Source: an uncultured Acidobacteriota bacterium (GTDB taxonomy: Bacteria > Acidobacteriota > UBA6911). From it: DNA of 64,000 nucleotides. The stretch is from assembly GCA_963809485.1 (NCBI GenBank), contig CAWEJX010000020.1:1088001-1152000 (forward strand), written 5' to 3'. Below are positions 56,125 through 64,000 of this stretch, piece by piece. The position numbers and the translations under genes are program-made. Within the stretch, counting starts at the first letter, position 1. Every line of letters starts with the position of its first letter. The notes below the pieces were generated by a model. It made no database searches. It had not been told where the DNA came from and saw nothing but the letters and a program-made list of their open reading frames with translations.

Positions 56125-58875
56125 ATGGAACCGCCAAAGGGGCCACGAATTCCGCAAAAACCAGGGGATCCCCCCCAGACCTTCAATCAGCGATTTGAAT
56201 TGATTGCCGGCCATTTCCCGGACCGCATCGCCTTTCGCCTCAAAACGCCCCAGGGCTACACCTCAGTCCCGTACAGGGAGGCTTACCGCCAGGCCCGGGG
56301 TGTAGCCATGGGCCTGCTCGCGCTGGATCTCAAACAGGGAAGCCGCGTGGCCATATTGTCCGAAAACCGGCCGGAGTGGGTCGTAGCCTATCTCGGCATT
56401 TACCTTTCAGGTATGGTCGCCGTCCCCCTGGACACTCAGATATCCCCCCAGGAGTGGAGGCGGCTGCTGGACGATTCGGCCGCGCAGACGGTCTTCGTCA
56501 GCGGGCTTCTTTTGCCCCAGCTTCGGGAGGCGACACGAGATTCCCGGCCGCCCCGGCGCATAATCTCCCTGGACCCGGTGTCCGGCGACCGCGACGCCCG
56601 CTCGGAACTTGCCGGGCTGATCGACTGGGCCGCGAATCTTCCCAATCCCCCGGCCCTTCCCGTAAGCCGTCCTTCGGATATTGTCACCATAATCTACACG
56701 TCGGGAACCACCGGGACCCCAAAGGGCGTGATGCTCACTCAGTCCAACATGATGCAGGAGCTTCAGTGCATTTCCCGGGCCATCTACTGGGACGAAAAAG
56801 AGGCGCTTCTATGCCTTCTGCCCCTGCAGCACGTTCTTGCATCCGTAATCAATGTGCTGGTTCCTCTCTATGTCGGGGGCCAGGTGGTTTTCGCCGACAC
56901 TTTGAAACGTACCGAAATCCTTCAGGCTCTGAAGGAGGCCGGGATCACCATCCTTGCGACGGTTCCGCAGTTTTTTTACCTGTTTCATGACCGCATTCAG
57001 GAGGAACTCTCCCCAAAATCCCTCCCGGCCCGGAAGCTCTTCCGGGGGATGCTGCGTTTCAACCGGTTCTGCATGCGCTTCCTGCGGATCAATCTCGGCA
57101 GAATACTGTTTCCCAAGGTGCACGATAGTTTCGGCTCGAGCCTGCGCCTGTTCGTGAGCGGAGGCTCCGCCTTCGATCCCAAGGTGGCACAGGATTTCCA
57201 CGACATGGGATTCACAATTCTCCAGGGCTACGGATTGACGGAAACGACGGGGGCATGTACCGTCACCCGCGTCCAGAACAACATCATCGGCTCCGTCGGC
57301 CCCGCCCTGCCGGGCGCCGAAATCAGGATACTGGCGCCGGATGAAACGGGAACAGGGGAAGTGCTGATCCGCGGACCTATGGTCATGGAAGGGTATTATA
57401 AGAATCCTGCTGCGACCGAAGAGGCTGTCAAGGACGGATGGTTCTATTCCGGGGATCTCGGACGTCTGGATGCCAAAGGAAATCTTTTCATCACCGGCAG
57501 GAAAAAGGAGGTCATCGTCCTGCCCAACGGCAAAAACATTTACCCCGACGAGCTGGAAACCCACTACCTGCAGAGCCCCTGTATCAAGGAAATAGCCGTC
57601 GTGGGCGTGTTCAGCCAGCAGGAGCGGGGAGAGCGGCTTCACGCGGTGGTTGTGCCCGACTTCGACTACCTGAAGGCCAGGAAAGTCGCCAACGCGCGCG
57701 AAATACTCCGCGACCAGATCGCCGGCCTTTCCAACCAGCTGCCGAAATACAAGCGCCTGATGAGCTACGAGATCCGGAGCGAGCCCCTGCCGCGCACAAC
57801 GACGCGCAAAATCAAGAGGCTGGAGCTGAAAAAGCTAGCGGAAAGCGGAGGGCTTAAACCGATGGAGAACGCAGGCGCTCCGCAAGCTCCCGCACCCGAA
57901 GACCGTGCCTTAATGGAATCCGCCGTGGGGCAGGAAGTGGTGCACTGCCTGCGAGAAACCTATCATCGGGATATGCCGATTGAGCCTGACATGAACCTGG
58001 AGCTGGATCTGGGATTCGATTCCATGGAGAGAGTCGAGCTCCTGGCCAGCCTCGAGCAGATTCTGAACCTCCAGCTGCCGGATGATTTCGGCGCAGAACT
58101 GCATACCGTCCGCGACCTGGTATCCCGGCTGGAGCTGCAGGCGGGCGTGGTCACGCGCAGCGGAGAGGCGTCGCGACAGAGCTGGAAAACAATCCTGTCC
58201 CAGGAGTCACAGGACGAGGATGAGGCCTCGCTGTTCCGCCAGCCCGGCGCGTTCGCCTCATTCCTGAAATATGTCTGCCTCCGGCTGATTTATTTCCTTC
58301 TGCTGCGTACCCTGCTTCGCCTGGAAGCCAGGGGCCTGCAGCACCTACCTCGAAAGGGGCCGTATCTCATTTGCCCCAACCATCAGAGCTACCTGGACCC
58401 TTTCGTCCTGGTCGCTACATTGCCGTACGGCATTTTTCGAAAAATGTTTTTTGTAGGCTACAGCGTTTTCTTCGAAGGCTGGATCATGAAAACGGTCGCC
58501 CGCCTGACCAACGTCGTGCCCGTCGATCCCGACGCCCATCTCCTGCGTGCGATGAAAGCCGGCGCGTCCGGCCTGAGGAACGGCCTCATCCTCTGCATAT
58601 TTCCGGAAGGCGGCAGGTCCTATGACGGCGAATTGCAGGTATTCAAGAAAGGCGCGGCTATCCTATCCAGGGAGCTCTCGGTCGCGGTTGTACCGGTGGG
58701 GATTCAGGGAACTCACCAGGTGTGGCCGCGGGACAGAAAGCGAATCCGCCTGCACAAAGTGAAGGTGCATTTCGGCGAGCCGATAGTTCCCTCCCCGAGC
58801 AGCACAGCCGACCCGTACCAAGCCGATACCGATCGTCTCCGTGATGCTGTCGCCGCGTTGCTGCCGCGAAAATAA
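56125..58875 (+). CDS. Long-chain acyl-CoA/ACP synthetase - acyl carrier - PlsC acyltransferase fusion
   Basis: YTSGTTGTPKG, QGYGLTE, SGDLG; DLGFDSM (phosphopantetheine Ser); NHQSYLD and FPEG. Confidence 0.93.
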   Translation: MEPPKGPRIPQKPGDPPQTFNQRFELIAGHFPDRIAFRLKTPQGYTSVPYREAYRQARGVAMGLLALDLKQGSRVAILSENRPEWVVAYLGIYLSGMVAVPLDTQISPQEWRRLLDDSAAQTVFVSGLLLPQLREATRDSRPPRRIISLDPVSGDRDARSELAGLIDWAANLPNPPALPVSRPSDIVTIIYTSGTTGTPKGVMLTQSNMMQELQCISRAIYWDEKEALLCLLPLQHVLASVINVLVPLYVGGQVVFADTLKRTEILQALKEAGITILATVPQFFYLFHDRIQEELSPKSLPARKLFRGMLRFNRFCMRFLRINLGRILFPKVHDSFGSSLRLFVSGGSAFDPKVAQDFHDMGFTILQGYGLTETTGACTVTRVQNNIIGSVGPALPGAEIRILAPDETGTGEVLIRGPMVMEGYYKNPAATEEAVKDGWFYSGDLGRLDAKGNLFITGRKKEVIVLPNGKNIYPDELETHYLQSPCIKEIAVVGVFSQQERGERLHAVVVPDFDYLKARKVANAREILRDQIAGLSNQLPKYKRLMSYEIRSEPLPRTTTRKIKRLELKKLAESGGLKPMENAGAPQAPAPEDRALMESAVGQEVVHCLRETYHRDMPIEPDMNLELDLGFDSMERVELLASLEQILNLQLPDDFGAELHTVRDLVSRLELQAGVVTRSGEASRQSWKTILSQESQDEDEASLFRQPGAFASFLKYVCLRLIYFLLLRTLLRLEARGLQHLPRKGPYLICPNHQSYLDPFVLVATLPYGIFRKMFFVGYSVFFEGWIMKTVARLTNVVPVDPDAHLLRAMKAGASGLRNGLILCIFPEGGRSYDGELQVFKKGAAILSRELSVAVVPVGIQGTHQVWPRDRKRIRLHKVKVHFGEPIVPSPSSTADPYQADTDRLRDAVAALLPRK

Positions 58876-58959
58876 AAATCAAATAGGCACGGATCTGCAG
58901 AGCCGTCCTCACCCAATCATAATTAACTGCTGAGAAAATTGTATTTATTAATAATTTTT

Positions 58960-58997
58960 TCAGTGTGCGTCAGCGTTTACGGGCGTGCGTCAGCGTT
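58960..58997. repeat. TCAGCGT-type periodic repeat
   Basis: TCAGTGTGCGTCAGCGTTTACGGGCGTGCGTCAGCGTT. Confidence 0.55.
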
Positions 58998-59007
58998 AAA
59001 ATTCATG

Positions 59008-59088
59008 GATGGGCCTCCGGAGCCGGTCTCAAAACGACTGTCATGAGATCCTCCTCGGCAGTTTTAGGACAGTCTCCGGAGACCCGTC
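59008..59088. mobile_element. ~85-bp MITE-like hairpin element, copy B (inverted relative to 5578..5664)
   Basis: Reverse complement reads GACGGGTCTCCGGAGACTGTCCTAAAACTGCCGAGGAGGATCTCATGACAGTCGTTTTGAGACCGG, closely matching copy A. Confidence 0.7.
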
Positions 59089-59111
59089 ATTACTGATAGT
59101 TGGCATGCGTA

Positions 59112-60197
59112 CTATTGTTTAATGAAGAGCAGAACGAAAGCAGTGACGAAAATGTTGAGAACGGAAAGGGGAAGCAGGAATTTCCAGCCGAGCCGCATGA
59201 GCTGGTCGTAGCGGAAGCGCGGAAGCGTCCATCGTATCAGGACCAGGAACCAGCAGAAGAAAATGACTTTGACCGCGAAAGCCGCAATCTGCAGCAGGGT
59301 GACCAGGAAACCGGGCAGCGCAAGGAATGATCCCCCGGGGAGGCGAAATCCGTCCGTCTGCAGATATGGGACCTGCCAGCCCCCGAAAAACAGCGTTGCG
59401 ATGAGGGCGGCAATCAGGATCGTCTCGACGAAATCCGTCATGAAGAAAGCGCCGAACTTCATGCTGCTGTATTCAACAAAATAGCCGATGATCTCCGATT
59501 CCCCTTCGGGAAGGTCAAACGGTATGCGCTTGGTCTCCGCCATCCCTGCGGTTACAAAGAGCAGGAATCCCAGCGGCTGAAAAAGGATGCCCCATTTGGG
59601 CAGCCATCCCCAGAGCAGACCACCCTGCGCCCTGTTGAGCTCGGCGAGATCGAGAGTGCCGAATATCATGAGCACCCCTACCAGCGTGGCGCCCATGGTG
59701 ATTTCATAGCTGATCATCTGGCTGGAGGCGCGCAATCCTCCCAGGAAGGCGAACTTGTTATTTGAGGAGAAGCCCGCAAGGAACGTCCCGTAGATGCCCA
59801 GTGACATCATGGCAAAAACGAAAAGCAGGCCCACGTTCAGCTCCAGCACCTGCAGTTCGATCCGCTGCCCCGCGATCATGATGGAATCGCCGAACGGGAT
59901 TGCGGCGAAACTCATCAGAGCGAAAAACAGAGCGGCAAAAGGGGCTGCCGTGTGCAGCAGTTTGTCGCCTCCGGGCGGCACGTAATCCTCTTTAAAAAAC
60001 ATCTTTAAGGCGTCCGACACGATGTGCATCAGCCCGAAGGCCCTAATGCCGAAAACCGGTGCACGGTTCGCGCCCAGGCGGTCCTGCATGACTGCCGACT
60101 GTTTGCGTTCCACCCACGTCAACAGCGCTGTCAGCGTCAGTACGCAGGTCAGGAAAAACAGGATTTTGATCAAAACGATCAGGACGTTGAGCCACAT
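59112..60197 (-). CDS. nuoH: NADH-quinone oxidoreductase subunit H
   Basis: WVERK...QDRLG, GGLRASSQMISYE, AETKRIPFDLPEGESE, RWTLPRFRYDQLM. Confidence 0.96.
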   Translation of the reverse strand: MWLNVLIVLIKILFFLTCVLTLTALLTWVERKQSAVMQDRLGANRAPVFGIRAFGLMHIVSDALKMFFKEDYVPPGGDKLLHTAAPFAALFFALMSFAAIPFGDSIMIAGQRIELQVLELNVGLLFVFAMMSLGIYGTFLAGFSSNNKFAFLGGLRASSQMISYEITMGATLVGVLMIFGTLDLAELNRAQGGLLWGWLPKWGILFQPLGFLLFVTAGMAETKRIPFDLPEGESEIIGYFVEYSSMKFGAFFMTDFVETILIAALIATLFFGGWQVPYLQTDGFRLPGGSFLALPGFLVTLLQIAAFAVKVIFFCWFLVLIRWTLPRFRYDQLMRLGWKFLLPLSVLNIFVTAFVLLFIKQ

Positions 60198-60204
60198 AAT
60201 ATTT

Positions 60205-61827
60205 CTATTTCCCGGATTCCGGTTTCAGCAACTGCCCGCTGAGGCCCAATGTATCATACGTCATGCCGCAAAAAGCCCCTACTTCTTGACCGATTGCCTC
60301 GAATACGGACGCCGCGGATAAGCCCGCAGGTGGGATATGCAGCTCCGCGGCCAGGCGGGCAAAAATTTCGAGATCGGGCAGCGATTCCCCCAGCGGCGGA
60401 ACAGCTTCGCAGAACCGCTGAACCCGCCCGTCGACATTGGTGAATGTCCCCTCTTTCTCCGCATACACGGCGGCGGGTAGCTGGATATGAGCCAAGGCAG
60501 CCGTCGGCTGGTCCCAGAATCCCTGGAAAACCACGCATTCCACTTTGCCCAGGGCTTCGCGGACAAACTCCGCATCCAATCCACGCATCAGGTCGTGTCG
60601 GAAGATATAGAGCAGGCGGATGCGCCCCTCGATGCACTGGCGCAAAATGCTCTCGATTCCGGCACCGGGTGGAAGCAGGACGCCCGCTCCCCGGCTGTTG
60701 GGATTCTTGTCGGCGGTGATTAAAAAATCGTCCGAGTGCACGGCCTCGCGGGATGGTGCCTTCGCGTCGATATTCGTGATGCCGAGCCGCTCCCTGAAGT
60801 GCTGCCGGACGCAGAAAAGCTCCTCATTCGTCATCTGGGGAGAAGCCAGCATGGCCACCGCCTGCGAACCGCTCGCATCGAGCGCTGATTTTATATGCGA
60901 GGCCGTCTCCCGGACGGCCTCGCTCCAGGATGCCTCCTGGAACCCGCCGGCCTTTTTGATCTGCGGCAGTTTCAGCCGGTCCGGCGCGTCGATGGAGTGG
61001 TAGGCATATCTCCCTTCGTCGCAGATCCAGTGGCCGTTCACTTCCTTGTTGTATCGGGGCTTCAACCGGTGGACCCTCTGGTCGTGGTAGCGCGGATTGA
61101 AGCGCTGGTTGAAGTGTATATTGATGTTGCAGCCGCGGCTGCAGCCGGGACATACCGATGGCGCGCTTCCCAGGAACCACACCCTGCATTTGAAGCGGAA
61201 ATCCCTGTCTGTCAGGGCGCCCACTGGACAAATATCGGCAAGGTTGCCGGTGTAGGCGTTGTCGAGCTCGAAGCCGGGCAAAACATCGATCTCGCTCCGG
61301 TGACCCCGGTCGATGACCCCCAGTTCCCCGGTTTTGGTGATTTCGCGGGTAAAACGCACGCACCTCGTGCAGAGGACGCAGCGCTCCTGATCCAGGATGA
61401 TGTATTGCCCGATCGGGGTGGCTTTCTTCCGCTTGGTCTTATTCTCATTGAAGCGCGTATCGTACAGCCCGTGCGCCATGTAATAATTCTGGAGTTCGCA
61501 TTCGCCGGACTGGTCGCAGACGGGGCAGTCCAGCGGGTGATTGGCCAGCAGAAACTCCAGGACAAAACGCCTGTTCTTCAGCACCTCGGGAGTGCGCGTC
61601 CTGACAACCATCCCTTCCGCAACGGGAGTCGCACAGGAAGGCTGAAGTTTGGGATTTTTCTCAATTTCCACCAGGCACATCCGGCAGCTGCCTACAACCG
61701 AAACTCCCGGATGGTAGCAGTAGTGGGGAATCTGAATCCCGACGGTCTTTGCCGCCTCGATCAGGAGCGTCCCTTTGGGTACTTGAACATTCTGTCCATC
61801 AATGGAGAGGTTTACGGTTTCAGACAC
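60205..61827 (-). CDS. nuoG: NADH-quinone oxidoreductase subunit G (short form)
   Basis: CYHP...SCRMC, HPLDCPVCDQSGEC, CVLCTRC, DICPVG, CPGCSRGC; AEKEGTFTN. Confidence 0.92.
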   Translation of the reverse strand: MSETVNLSIDGQNVQVPKGTLLIEAAKTVGIQIPHYCYHPGVSVVGSCRMCLVEIEKNPKLQPSCATPVAEGMVVRTRTPEVLKNRRFVLEFLLANHPLDCPVCDQSGECELQNYYMAHGLYDTRFNENKTKRKKATPIGQYIILDQERCVLCTRCVRFTREITKTGELGVIDRGHRSEIDVLPGFELDNAYTGNLADICPVGALTDRDFRFKCRVWFLGSAPSVCPGCSRGCNINIHFNQRFNPRYHDQRVHRLKPRYNKEVNGHWICDEGRYAYHSIDAPDRLKLPQIKKAGGFQEASWSEAVRETASHIKSALDASGSQAVAMLASPQMTNEELFCVRQHFRERLGITNIDAKAPSREAVHSDDFLITADKNPNSRGAGVLLPPGAGIESILRQCIEGRIRLLYIFRHDLMRGLDAEFVREALGKVECVVFQGFWDQPTAALAHIQLPAAVYAEKEGTFTNVDGRVQRFCEAVPPLGESLPDLEIFARLAAELHIPPAGLSAASVFEAIGQEVGAFCGMTYDTLGLSGQLLKPESGK

Positions 61828-61834
61828 ATTGACC

Positions 61835-62338
61835 TCAGACTTTGGGCCCGATTCGCGGCTGGCGCTTCTGGATAGGATAATCTTTGCGCAACGGATGCCC
61901 CTCGAATTCCTCGTACATGAGAATCCGCTTCAGGTCCGGGTGCCCGGAAAAGCGGATGCCAAACATGTCCCATACCTCGCGTTCCAGCCAGTTTGCAGAA
62001 CCCCAATAGGGAGTCAGGGAATCCACGCCCTTGTCTCCCTCCGCTGCTACCCTCAAACGCAGGCGCCGGTTAAACGGAAGAGAAAGCAAGTGATAAACGA
62101 CGTCGAAACGGGGCTTCCTCTCAGGGTAGTCCACCGCCGTTATATCGATCAACATATCAAACCGAAGCCGGGGATCGTTTTTGAGGAATTCTATGATTTT
62201 TGTCAGGGACTCCGGGCGAACTACGGCTGTCGCATCTCCCTGCGGAGTCATGGTGTCCACGACGCCGTCAGGGCAGTTTTCCCGCAAAAGCCGGAGAGAG
62301 ATTTCGGGGCCTTCCTCAGGACGGTTCTCTAATCCCAT
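61835..62338 (-). CDS. nuoC: NADH-quinone oxidoreductase subunit C
   Basis: DITAVDY, RFDVVYHL, ANWLEREVWDMFGI, GHPLRKDYP; start overlaps the nuoA end. Confidence 0.93.
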   Translation of the reverse strand: MGLENRPEEGPEISLRLLRENCPDGVVDTMTPQGDATAVVRPESLTKIIEFLKNDPRLRFDMLIDITAVDYPERKPRFDVVYHLLSLPFNRRLRLRVAAEGDKGVDSLTPYWGSANWLEREVWDMFGIRFSGHPDLKRILMYEEFEGHPLRKDYPIQKRQPRIGPKV

Positions 62339-62682
62339 TTCAGTGCGCCGATTTTCCAGGCGTAGATGAAACCTGCGCCCACAACGACAAAGAACACCAG
62401 CATTTCGATAAAGCCAAACAGACCAAGAGAGCGGAATACCACCGCCCACGGGAACAGGAACGCCAACTCCACGTCGAAAACGATGAAGAGCATGGCCATC
62501 ACGTAAAAACGTACCGGCATGGCGCCTGCATCATACCCTTCCGAAGGCAGTCCGCATTCAAACGGCGTATCCTTGACCGGATGCCTTTTCCTGGGACCAA
62601 GGAAAACAGACGCCAGGATAAAAACTGCGGCGATGCCGCCGACAATTACTGCCATAACGCAGATGGGGATAAGCGGGTTCAT
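62329..62682 (-). CDS. nuoA: NADH-quinone oxidoreductase subunit A
   Basis: PFECG, FYVMAMLFIVFDVE, YAWKIGALKWD. Confidence 0.96.
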   Translation of the reverse strand: MNPLIPICVMAVIVGGIAAVFILASVFLGPRKRHPVKDTPFECGLPSEGYDAGAMPVRFYVMAMLFIVFDVELAFLFPWAVVFRSLGLFGFIEMLVFFVVVGAGFIYAWKIGALKWD

Positions 62683-62785
62683 GGCTGTCTGGATTCCTCC
62701 ACTTGCCGCTCACTGTAGCATCGCCGGACACCAAAAATCAATTCCAATGCGGTATCTGAAAAACTCTTTGACACGAAATACACAC

Positions 62786-63001
62786 GTCAGGTACCTCCGG
62801 CAAAGCCGGAGGCAAGCTTTGAACCGCTCAAAGCGGTTGGAGGAGTTGCGCTGGTCTTGAACGCTGACTTACGCGGGCAAAAGCCGACCCTCGCCGAACA
62901 AATCGGCGTATGTCAGCGCTTTTGTCAGCGTATCTCAGCGTTTCAAAATACGGAGCCGTCAAACTCTATGAGTTGCCCGGCAGAGCCGGGGATTTACCAA
63001 T
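62786..63001 (-). mobile_element. IS200/IS605-like MITE, copy 5
   Basis: GTCAGGTACCTCCGGCAAAGCCGGAGGC ... GTCAAACTCTATGAGTTGCCCGGCAGAGCCGGGGATTTACCAAT. Confidence 0.85.
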
Positions 63002-63167
63002 AGAATCAGACGAAATGGAATTCTTGTTCATTCGTGTCTATCGTGTTTAAAAGGTCACTTCGCCGTTGCCCGGACGTATGCGGACCGGCGCGCAGGGGAG
63101 CACGCCGACATTGACTGGCCCTTTGGCACCCACTATTATCTGCGCAGGTCCGACAACGGGAGATGAA

Positions 63168-64000
63168 ATGCCGATGCGATCGATTTTGCTGCTGTTTCTT
63201 GTCATAGGCATGAGCCAGGGCGCTCCGGTCTGCGCCCAGGCCACAGATGCTTCGGAGCTGTTAAAGGCCGCCGACGAGATGATTCAGACGGTAAAGCAAT
63301 TGCGGGGTCTGGAACCCAAATCCCCCATACAGAGGGGAGTCAAAAGCAGGGAGGAAATCTCGCAGTTCCTCAATGAACACGTTCAGAAAGAATACAGCCA
63401 GAGCGAACTGCTGGCCGAGGGGAAAATGCTTCGCAGGCTCGGTTTCATCCCGGCCGGGATGGATTTCAGGGAATTCACCTTGAAGCTTCTGACCGAACAG
63501 GTCGGCGGATACTACGATCCGGACCAAAAGACATTGTTCATTGCCTCCTGGCTGGCAGTCGAGGAACAGAAGCCCGTGATGGTTCACGAACTGACTCACG
63601 CGCTGCAGGACCAGCACTTCGACGTGAACCGGATCCTTGACCAGGACCGCAAGCTCAGCAACGACGACCAGGCGTTGGCCCACCAGGCGCTCCTGGAAGG
63701 AGACGGGATGGTCGTAATGCTCCAGTATCTCCTGGATCCGCTCAAGAGGCACTTTTCCCAGCTGCCCGACCTGGCCTTCATCATGCGTGCCCAGATGTCG
63801 ACCATGCAGTCTCAATATCCGGTGTTCAAGGACGCTCCGCTCTACATCCAGGAAAGCCTGCTTTTCCCTTATGGCTACGGCGCCGCTTTCCTGCAGAAGG
63901 TCTGGGCGAAGAACCCCTCCTGGCAGACTGTAAACAGGATTTATTCGGACCTGCCGGCCTCAACGGAACAGATCCTTCATCCGGAAAAGTATTATGGCGT
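63168..64000 (+). CDS. Secreted zincin-like metallopeptidase, runs off the window end (not in the ORF track)
   Basis: Manual translation from ATG 63168: MPMRSILLLFLV signal, ...GGYYDP...MVHELTHALQDQHF (HExxH)...ALLEGDG...FPYGYG...PASTEQILHPEKY; no stop seen. Confidence 0.85.
   Translation, partial: MPMRSILLLFLVIGMSQGAPVCAQATDASELLKAADEMIQTVKQLRGLEPKSPIQRGVKSREEISQFLNEHVQKEYSQSELLAEGKMLRRLGFIPAGMDFREFTLKLLTEQVGGYYDPDQKTLFIASWLAVEEQKPVMVHELTHALQDQHFDVNRILDQDRKLSNDDQALAHQALLEGDGMVVMLQYLLDPLKRHFSQLPDLAFIMRAQMSTMQSQYPVFKDAPLYIQESLLFPYGYGAAFLQKVWAKNPSWQTVNRIYSDLPASTEQILHPEKYYG

Noticed and set aside
2721-61875. Long antisense ORFs (e.g. 41947..43962, 22711..24150, 19949..21343, 10480..11748, 8618..9730)
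   Set aside because: Shadow frames opposite well-supported genes in GC-rich DNA; no motifs or RBS.
1-63001. MITEs as TnpB omega-RNA guide cassettes
   Set aside because: No tnpB or iscB in the window and the ends resemble tnpA-only IS200 elements; cannot be supported without a genome-wide search.
1-64000. CRISPR array
   Set aside because: No run of equal-length direct repeats with unique spacers and no cas genes; the repeats are dispersed hairpin elements.

Overview
GC-rich bacterial chromosome segment. The gene content (Ser/Thr kinase-TPR protein, paired M14 peptidases, DUF5916, DUF362, partial nuo cluster) is most consistent with Acidobacteriota; this is inferred, not searched. It holds about 50 CDS: an Hsp20-Hsp20-J-domain unit, many peptidases plus an OPT transporter, a PAS-GGDEF-EAL protein, a B12 radical SAM enzyme behind an RRM protein, an AprA/AprB-like flavoprotein-ferredoxin pair, a xanthine-dehydrogenase-family Mo subunit, three secreted 'CDRxCL' paralogs, two Tat-exported DUF362 proteins, tRNA-Ser(UGA), an acyl-CoA synthetase-ACP-acyltransferase fusion and nuoA-C-G-H. 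The most striking non-coding structure is a set of small hairpin elements. (1) About seven co-oriented transposase-less elements carry IS200/IS605-type palindromic ends around a nested, variably deleted hairpin cargo. (2) An HUH (Y1/RAYT-like) transposase is bracketed by perfect 24-bp inverted repeats and a ~145-bp direct repeat. (3) An ~85-bp MITE pair and several short periodic repeat families are also present. Two single-base frameshifts, an internally deleted MFS gene and a vestigial 2Fe-2S subunit were found. No CRISPR array, rRNA or prophage is visible. All family calls come from motif reading and recall, not database searches.
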